DNA from: a virus
Lineage: Duplodnaviria > Caudoviricetes
Length of the DNA: 32,407 nt
IMG/VR virus record: IMGVR_UViG_3300025519_000061
Span: 1-32,407 of that record
Reading direction: 5' to 3' (one strand)
Part shown: positions 26,899 through 32,407 of the stretch, in pieces
Numbering within the stretch: position 1 is the first letter of the stretch
Layout: each line of letters begins with the position of its first letter
The notes under the pieces: model-generated
The model's database searches: none
Seen by the model: only the letters and a program-made list of their open reading frames with translations
Told to the model about the DNA's origin: nothing
Position numbers and translations under genes: made by a program

Positions 26899-27165
26899 TC
26901 AAGTGATTAACCTCCTTAAATTGATTTTTTTTACTTTACCGACTTTAGCAAGATAAAATAAAGCTAAGAAAATCTCATCTGGATCCTTACGTCCAAAAAC
27001 GTTCATCATTTCAGTTACGCTACACCCGTCCCGATTCATATTAGCCAAGCAAATAAGTTCTTTTTCGTCCCAAATAAGGTCACTGTCTTCAAATAAAACA
27101 ACAATATTTCTACGACTATTGGTTAACAGATTTTTTTCAATCCATCCTTCTGCCAATGTTGGCAT
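26899..27165 (-). CDS. Hypothetical phage protein (possible HTH)
   Basis: 88-aa ORF with AGGGG RBS. Confidence 0.65.
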   Translation of the reverse strand: MPTLAEGWIEKNLLTNSRRNIVVLFEDSDLIWDEKELICLANMNRDGCSVTEMMNVFGRKDPDEIFLALFYLAKVGKVKKINLRRLIT

Positions 27166-27169
27166 ATGA

Positions 27170-27340
27170 CTAACCCCTTTTAATCAGTTCAATGGTTAAA
27201 GCGTTTTTGGCTTCGTAATAATCAAGACTTTGAACGTCTCTGCCATTATGATTAGTGATACCTAACATCTGCAGTTCTTTGATGATTACTTCTCTTTTTA
27301 TTCCGTTTTTTGACAGAAGAGCTGCTTTAGATAGCAACAT
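27170..27340 (-). CDS. Small protein, 56 aa, FbpA-like (not in the ORF track)
   Basis: MLLSKAA...REVIIKELQMLGI...SLDYYE; AAGGAG RBS. Confidence 0.6.
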   Translation of the reverse strand: MLLSKAALLSKNGIKREVIIKELQMLGITNHNGRDVQSLDYYEAKNALTIELIKRG

Positions 27341-27554
27341 TCGTTTTCACTCCTTTTTCAATTTGGATAGTTTCATTTTGTCGAATCACAATCGCTTTAT
27401 TGTATGAATTGTAAAAATCACCTGTTGTGTAAAAGCGATTTAATGCCATATGTTCATCTTCTGGAGATAAACAGACTGTTTTAGACTTAACTTCATCACT
27501 TTGCCAAATAATTATCGAATAGGGTTGGCAACTAAACCCAAAAAGTTGAATCAT
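27327..27554 (-). CDS. Hypothetical phage protein
   Basis: 75-aa ORF coupled to the helicase-loader stop; AGGAGG RBS. Confidence 0.65.
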   Translation of the reverse strand: MIQLFGFSCQPYSIIIWQSDEVKSKTVCLSPEDEHMALNRFYTTGDFYNSYNKAIVIRQNETIQIEKGVKTNVAI

Positions 27555-28334
27555 CTAAAAGGCCTCCTTCCTGCGGTAATCTTGACCTTCTAGCCTAATT
27601 GCGTGGGCATTAGCAGTCATCCTTGAAATAATTCGAGGACCATTATTCCCGTACTTCCGTTCTAACTCACTTTCTGTATAATTCGTTGTGCAGATGTTCG
27701 CTTTTTCGATACGCATATCAAAAATCTTATATAATACATCCGATGCCCAGGATTCATGCCCATCATCATTGCTCTTGACATATTCTGCACCAATATCATC
27801 AATCACCAATAAGTCTAATCGCTCAATCATGTCAAAAATTTGTTCTTCAGAATACTTATCGCCACTGTATGATTTTTTTAGCTTGTCCAATAAATGAGTA
27901 GACTTAATATACAAAGCCGTGTATCCCTTTTGACGGATTGCTTTCACGATTGCATAAGCTAAATGACTTTTTCCCAGTCCCGGATCCCCGCTAATTACAA
28001 GAGACTTTTTCCCATCGAAATCTTTCACGTATTTAACCGCTATTTGTTTTGCTTTTAGTTGTGTTTCATGCCGTGGTTTATAACTACTAACAGAGGCTCT
28101 TTCGATATCACTAGTTACTTTTTCAAAATCAGTGACAAAAATTTCCAGTCTTTTTTGTTTTAAATCCTCAATGCTTGGCAATTTAAGAGACTTTATAAAC
28201 TCATTATCAACACATGTTTTACATGCACCCATGATTCCCCTAGGCGTCTCATACAGCTTGTAAACCATACCACAAGTTGCACAAGTCTCTTCACCAACTG
28301 CTTTCAACAAAGTAAAGTTCCTAATCGATTTCAA
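27555..28334 (-). CDS. DnaC/IstB-like AAA+ helicase loader
   Basis: GDPGLGKS Walker A, LLVIDDIGAE Walker B, TTN and RIISRM motifs; N-terminal CxxC pairs. The start is probably TTG 28334. Confidence 0.9.
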   Translation of the reverse strand: MKSIRNFTLLKAVGEETCATCGMVYKLYETPRGIMGACKTCVDNEFIKSLKLPSIEDLKQKRLEIFVTDFEKVTSDIERASVSSYKPRHETQLKAKQIAVKYVKDFDGKKSLVISGDPGLGKSHLAYAIVKAIRQKGYTALYIKSTHLLDKLKKSYSGDKYSEEQIFDMIERLDLLVIDDIGAEYVKSNDDGHESWASDVLYKIFDMRIEKANICTTNYTESELERKYGNNGPRIISRMTANAHAIRLEGQDYRRKEAF

Positions 28335-28351
28335 TGACCACCATCCCTTTC

Positions 28352-29191
28352 TCAAAATCTATCTTTCTTTGGATCATATCTAGGTTTTTTATTCCCGGGA
28401 TTGCTATTGCTCCTACTCGGCTCAATTTCTGCAAGGGTTAACAAGGACTCGTTTTCCCAGTTTCGTAGTATTCCTTCAACGTACTTCAAATAACGCTTAT
28501 TGTTTGAACAAGCAATTTCTAAGGCTTTTAAAATCATTTCTTTTGGATTTTTAAATTTAGAATCATCCAACCACGACAACAACTGTTCTTTCCCGCTCAT
28601 GTTATTTAGACCAAAACCATTGTTGTCCCAAAAGTTAATAATTTCTCGGACGTCATCCTTTTCTTTTTCTTGTTGTTGTTCTTTTTCTTGTTGTTGTTCT
28701 TTTTCTTCTTCTTTTTCTTTTTCTTCTTTTTCCCCCCTTAACGTAGACGTATCGTCATACGTTACGTAGTACGATTCGTAAATAGACCGAATAGAGTCAT
28801 TTGGAACATTAACACCAACGTACTTAATGAGCGTTATATCCTTAACTTCCTTTAATTCAGCTTTTATACAGTCAAGTATTGGTTTACCACCTCTTACAAG
28901 GTTATATTTTCCCCAGTTTTTGATTGCTAGCTCTCGAGTATCCGGGTTATATTGGATTAATCTATGGTGCTCTATAAATCTATTCATTAAGGAATTTACA
29001 CTTTCTATTGAATAACCCATATCAAAGGCAATTTGTTTTTTGGTTATTTGGTAAATACCTATTTGAGTAGTATTTGGATTGGTTAAAAGATACAGAAAGA
29101 AAAATTTATCTTCCGGCGTCATATCTTCAATTACCTTCCCATCATTCCAAAAATCCGTATGAACCATTCTAAACTTTGCCACCGTCTCCAC
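28352..29191 (-). CDS. Replication initiator with a DnaD/DnaB_2 domain
   Basis: FWND...EDKFFFLYLLTN N-terminus; YVEGILRNW C-terminal motif. Confidence 0.9.
   Translation of the reverse strand: METVAKFRMVHTDFWNDGKVIEDMTPEDKFFFLYLLTNPNTTQIGIYQITKKQIAFDMGYSIESVNSLMNRFIEHHRLIQYNPDTRELAIKNWGKYNLVRGGKPILDCIKAELKEVKDITLIKYVGVNVPNDSIRSIYESYYVTYDDTSTLRGEKEEKEKEEEKEQQQEKEQQQEKEKDDVREIINFWDNNGFGLNNMSGKEQLLSWLDDSKFKNPKEMILKALEIACSNNKRYLKYVEGILRNWENESLLTLAEIEPSRSNSNPGNKKPRYDPKKDRF
28659..28781. repeat. Putative phage origin inside the initiator gene
   Basis: Clustered ACGT/TACG/CGTA motifs (28741-28781) beside an A-rich tract containing GAACAACAACAAGAAAAA x2. Confidence 0.55.
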
Positions 29192-29366
29192 CCCAATCTT
29201 TACGCATTAAACAAACAGCAAAAGGACCTTGAACATATAAAAACTCATAATTTGGATAACCGACTTCTAAATATTTTTTAATTGCACCGACAAAATCCTT
29301 ATCCATTTGTTTTTTTAAAATACTTTCCGGCAACATCACTTTTGACAAATCACTGAACTGGATCAT
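29169..29366 (-). CDS. Hypothetical phage protein
   Basis: 65 aa, YLEVGYPNY; coupled to its neighbours. Confidence 0.65.
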   Translation of the reverse strand: MIQFSDLSKVMLPESILKKQMDKDFVGAIKKYLEVGYPNYEFLYVQGPFAVCLMRKDWGGDGGKV

Positions 29367-29530
29367 AGCGCTTCCTCAATTGCATAAGCGACATTTTTTT
29401 GTTTGAATGATAACAACATTTCTTGCGCCACTTTTTTACATTCAGAAACAGAATCGGCGAAAATTAGCACTGTCTCCAAAGTTGGATATTTTCCGTTTTT
29501 GTATTCGTAAAAGTCAATTTTGAATAGCAT
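29363..29530 (-). CDS. Small hypothetical protein, 55 aa (not in the ORF track)
   Basis: MLFKIDFYEY...; AAGGAGGT RBS; ATGA overlap downstream. Confidence 0.65.
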   Translation of the reverse strand: MLFKIDFYEYKNGKYPTLETVLIFADSVSECKKVAQEMLLSFKQKNVAYAIEEAL

Positions 29531-29548
29531 ATTTCAACCTCCTTTTTT

Positions 29549-29654
29549 ACCGGTGCGTACCGTACTGGCTAGGATATGAGGATGACAATAATTTAGGGGA
29601 TGGGGATGTTAAGTTCATCCTAGCCAGTACGGCAAGCCCAATTGGACTTGCGGT
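29549..29654 (-). ncRNA. Candidate three-way-junction sRNA with a C-rich loop
   Basis: Perfect 16-bp stem 29560-29575/29617-29632, small hairpin CAAGTCC/GGGCTTG, closing ACCG/CGGT. Confidence 0.6.
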
Positions 29655-29696
29655 TAAAAGTAGTTATCTGTTACAATATAGTTGCCAATAAAATTC

Positions 29697-29867
29697 TCAT
29701 GCAGTGAGTGTTCCATCACTTGCTGCTTTTTGTTTTTCTAGAAAATATTTTTTCTTTGCTACATTCTCAGTCTTTAACACAATAGTTGGGTCTTTTTTAA
29801 TTTCTTTACATACTGCTACTACTTCCCCTGCCTTCATCAATCTACTAGCGGACATTACAAACTTCAT
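29697..29867 (-). CDS. Small hypothetical protein, 56 aa (not in the ORF track)
   Basis: MKFVMSASRLMKA...; GGAGG RBS; ATGA overlap. Confidence 0.6.
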   Translation of the reverse strand: MKFVMSASRLMKAGEVVAVCKEIKKDPTIVLKTENVAKKKYFLEKQKAASDGTLTA

Positions 29868-30154
29868 ACTGTTTCCTCCATTTCTAACGACTCCATTATG
29901 TTCAACATCTTTTTACAGTCTACACTGCCAATTAGCCATTCATCGGAGATCTTTTCAGTTTCCTTGTTGAACTCGTAATACCGCGTAAATGCTTTAGTCA
30001 CAAAAACAAACGATATAAAATAATCATCTTCATTGAATACTTCTAGTTTCCACTGCATTCCTTTTTCTTTTGCGTACTCTATGTGTTTAGAAATCCTATT
30101 TGCAAGTTCATCACAATATTTTCCTTTCAATTCCGATAAGGTTATTTCACGCAC
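29864..30154 (-). CDS. Hypothetical phage protein
   Basis: 96-aa ORF, GGAGG RBS, GTG start. Confidence 0.7.
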   Translation of the reverse strand: MREITLSELKGKYCDELANRISKHIEYAKEKGMQWKLEVFNEDDYFISFVFVTKAFTRYYEFNKETEKISDEWLIGSVDCKKMLNIMESLEMEETV

Positions 30155-30168
30155 TTAACAACCCTCCA

Positions 30169-30687
30169 TTACTTTTTGTAGTTTCGTAATTTCAGCGATA
30201 AACGCCATTCCTTAAAAATTTTTTTCATTGAAAATTTGTAGTCCCTGCATAAAATTCCGATTAAATTTACTAATGAAGTTGCTGCATCCAATATTTCAAA
30301 CATTGCCTGTTTCAATTGTTTTTTCTCAATTTCATCCAAGCAATTGGTCGGTTTATACCAACAGATACTTTCAAGATTTTCTAATGCTTCTTGGGTTTCT
30401 TTTTTAGCTAGAATCATCATGCTACTTGGATGTTTATCTATGTAATCACCATCTAGGAATGGGATGGCAACTTCACCTGCTGCAGCGTTCCAAGTAACGA
30501 AATAATATTCAACATCATCTACAGCAACAGCAATATCATCACGTAAATCATCCGGTATTTTTCTTGTTCCAATCTCGTATTTTGCAAGGCTTTCTCTGGA
30601 TACTGGCAACTTCCATGCCAATTCTTCCTGAGTTAAACCCTTTCTCTTTCTAGCTTTTGCTAATTCTTCCCCTACGTCATTCACCAT
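30169..30687 (-). CDS. XRE-family HTH regulator with C-terminal helical domain
   Basis: LAKARKRKGLTQEELA...SRESLAKYEIG. Confidence 0.85.
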   Translation of the reverse strand: MVNDVGEELAKARKRKGLTQEELAWKLPVSRESLAKYEIGTRKIPDDLRDDIAVAVDDVEYYFVTWNAAAGEVAIPFLDGDYIDKHPSSMMILAKKETQEALENLESICWYKPTNCLDEIEKKQLKQAMFEILDAATSLVNLIGILCRDYKFSMKKIFKEWRLSLKLRNYKK

Positions 30688-30748
30688 TTGTCCTCCCTTT
30701 GTACCAAACAGATAATTTCTTTGTTACATATAAAAGCGTAAATTATAG

Positions 30749-30934
30749 TTAGATAACAACATTACTATGTTCTTGCATGTCTAACCAACGATCGATTGCT
30801 TCAACAGTGAAAAAAATGCGTCTGCGAACACGAACATGTGGAATTTGTTTTTCTCGGACCATGTTATAAATCGTATCCGGATGAACACCGATATAATCGG
30901 CTACTTCATTGACGGTTAATGTTTTTCTTTGCAT
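30749..30934 (-). CDS. Excisionase-like HTH protein (HTH_17)
   Basis: LTVNEVADYIGVHPDTIYNMVREKQIPHVRV. Confidence 0.85.
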   Translation of the reverse strand: MQRKTLTVNEVADYIGVHPDTIYNMVREKQIPHVRVRRRIFFTVEAIDRWLDMQEHSNVVI

Positions 30935-31052
30935 GATAATTTACCTCCTAATTATTTAGTCAGTCTTTATATCAGACGGCCAATTTGCTTGAATGAACTG
31001 CAATTCAGAAAGGAGTGCTAATGTTGACTATTCCATGCTGATCAACTCCTTG

Positions 31053-31081
31053 AAAGGATTTTCCTCACTTCCTGTCGAAAT
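31053..31081 (+). promoter_or_regulatory. Sigma-H-type promoter
   Basis: AAAGGATTTT...GTCGAAAT. Confidence 0.55.
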
Positions 31082-31107
31082 AATGTATTTGGAAGGAGGG
31101 ATATAAA

Positions 31108-31335
31108 ATGAGATGGACAGCCGAAATTGTTTTAAAATCTGGTAAATATACAACAGTTACCGACTTGCAAACAATTAACTGGAAAAGCCATAGTGATGGT
31201 TCAATTGTTAGCAAAACCGATTTCAAGAATTTTATCCTTCCGACAAATCGAATTCTTACGTTTGTCGGGGAAAACAATGTTGTTTCTCTGAACTCATCTG
31301 ATATTGAGTATCTATCGTTATATCAGACTAATTAA
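31108..31335 (+). CDS. Small accessory protein on the strand opposite the early operon
   Basis: 75 aa, AAGGAGG RBS, own promoter. Confidence 0.8.
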   Translation: MRWTAEIVLKSGKYTTVTDLQTINWKSHSDGSIVSKTDFKNFILPTNRILTFVGENNVVSLNSSDIEYLSLYQTN

Positions 31336-31456
31336 TTTCAACTTCAACAAAAAGAGTGCAGTGCGGGCTGTGCTCTTTCTCAAAGTCTAATAGTTGTTTA
31401 GCAATTTGTTTCGCTTCTTCTATGTCTGAACACACAACTTTTACTTTTAATTCCAT
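31328..31456 (-). CDS. Small hypothetical protein, 42 aa
   Basis: MELKVKVV...KEHSPHCTLFVEVEIN; GAGGAG RBS. Confidence 0.5.
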   Translation of the reverse strand: MELKVKVVCSDIEEAKQIAKQLLDFEKEHSPHCTLFVEVEIN

Positions 31457-31562
31457 TAAAATCACTCCTCGTTAATGTTCAATTTTTGCTGGATAACTAA
31501 CATCTGTTGGTAAAATTTTTACGTATTTCTGGATTTTGTTGCATCTTGAATATTCACTTGAA

Positions 31563-31793
31563 TCACCTCTCTTCTAATTGTTTTATAACGGATTCGGTTA
31601 GTTTGTTGTCAAAAAAAACACCAGGATTAACACCAAGTACATCTGAAATTATTTTTAGTCTTTCAACATCAAGTCTTACCTCACCTGAAGATATATGGAT
31701 ATAGCCTTGTAATGACATATTTAACTTATTTGCAATAAAAGTCTTAGATATGCCCTTTGCTTTCCTTACTTTTTCAACATTTTCATGAATCAT
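31563..31793 (-). CDS. Cro-like XRE HTH regulator
   Basis: 76-aa HTH divergent from the repressor. Confidence 0.88.
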   Translation of the reverse strand: MIHENVEKVRKAKGISKTFIANKLNMSLQGYIHISSGEVRLDVERLKIISDVLGVNPGVFFDNKLTESVIKQLEER

Positions 31794-31808
31794 TTACGCA
31801 CCTCCTCA

Positions 31809-31926
31809 ACTAACGTTTTCCGTTACTTATATAATACTAACGATTTTAGTTAGTGTCAACATATTTTTATTATTTTTTCTCAAATATCGTTAGTATTATA
31901 TCTGAATTCGTTAGTTATGGTATTAT
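31809..31926. promoter_or_regulatory. Lysis/lysogeny switch: ACTAACG-N5-CGTTAGT operators and divergent promoters
   Basis: Operators at 31809-31827 and 31836-31854, half-sites ending at 31894 and 31915. Minus strand: TTGACA-17-TATTAT (31859-31831). Plus strand: TG-N-TATTAT (31918-31926). Confidence 0.8.
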
Positions 31927-31963
31927 TTTGAATATAAGAGTCTTTTAGAGGGAGTTTTACACA

Positions 31964-32407
31964 ATGAATATTGGGGATCGTATTAGAAAAAAAAGAAAAG
32001 AAAAAAATTTAACCCAATCTGAGCTAGGAAAATTGGTAAATGTATCATCGCAAGTAATCTCCAATTGGGAACGTGGTTATACTGGTCTTAGCCATGATGA
32101 TATCGCCAAACTAGCAATAGCTTTAGATGTTTCCACAGATTTTTTATTGGGTAACGATTCAAAGGACAAGCTCCCAGAACTAACACCAAAAGACGAGCGT
32201 GACATTGCAAAGGATTTAGAAAAAATCATTAGCAGTCTGGACAATCCTAATGATGGTTACTCTCATTTTGATGGTCAATCAATTGATGACTTAGATGAAG
32301 AGGATCGTGAATTACTAAAAGCAGCTTTAGAAACATCCATGAAAATTGCCAAGCAAATTGCCAAGAAAAAATATACACCAAAGAAATACAGAAAAAACGA
32401 TAATTAA
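31964..32407 (+). CDS. CI/ImmR-like prophage repressor
   Basis: IGDRIRKKRKEKNLTQSELG...ISNWERG HTH; KDERDIAK...YTPKKYR C-terminus. Confidence 0.92.
   Translation: MNIGDRIRKKRKEKNLTQSELGKLVNVSSQVISNWERGYTGLSHDDIAKLAIALDVSTDFLLGNDSKDKLPELTPKDERDIAKDLEKIISSLDNPNDGYSHFDGQSIDDLDEEDRELLKAALETSMKIAKQIAKKKYTPKKYRKNDN

Larger units (their letters stand above)
1121..32407 (-). mobile_element. Temperate siphovirus prophage (HK97-like head), probably integrated at the tRNA-Ala 3' end; continues beyond the window
   Basis: Ordered lysis, tail, head, packaging, replication and cro/cI modules. The left boundary is inferred; the integrase and second att are not in the window. Confidence 0.92.

Noticed and set aside
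31009-31051. AAGGAGT/ACTCCTT inverted repeat with tiny ORFs on both strands
   Set aside because: ORFs of 2-6 codons and a weak stem; could be chance.

Overview
An AT-rich Bacillaceae-type window. The host part (1..~1160) holds an ACT-domain gene under a singlet glycine riboswitch and a tRNA-Ala(GGC). From the tRNA 3' end to the window edge lies a temperate, HK97-like siphovirus prophage on the minus strand. Reading from the right edge it runs: CI/Cro switch, early and replication genes, ArpU-type late activator, packaging, head, tail, lysis, and a two-gene accessory locus; the integrase end is outside the window. Most interesting observations: (1) the tail-spike gene carries an M14 peptidase module joined at an 'AQLEK' junction and is followed in frame by a start-less, frameshifted orphan beta-helix module beginning at similar junction motifs, suggesting cassette-style replacement of the spike C-terminus; (2) a catalytic-domain-only tyrosine recombinase is followed by two core-type sites, one sharing 15 bp with Bacillus dif; (3) a structured ~260-nt late leader RNA precedes an operon with several internal terminators; (4) a RexAB-like soluble plus 4-TM pair sits at the att end; (5) a three-way-junction RNA displays anti-Shine-Dalgarno motifs in its loop; (6) accessory genes have sigma-H-type promoters. 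All family calls come from motif recognition by eye; no searches were run.
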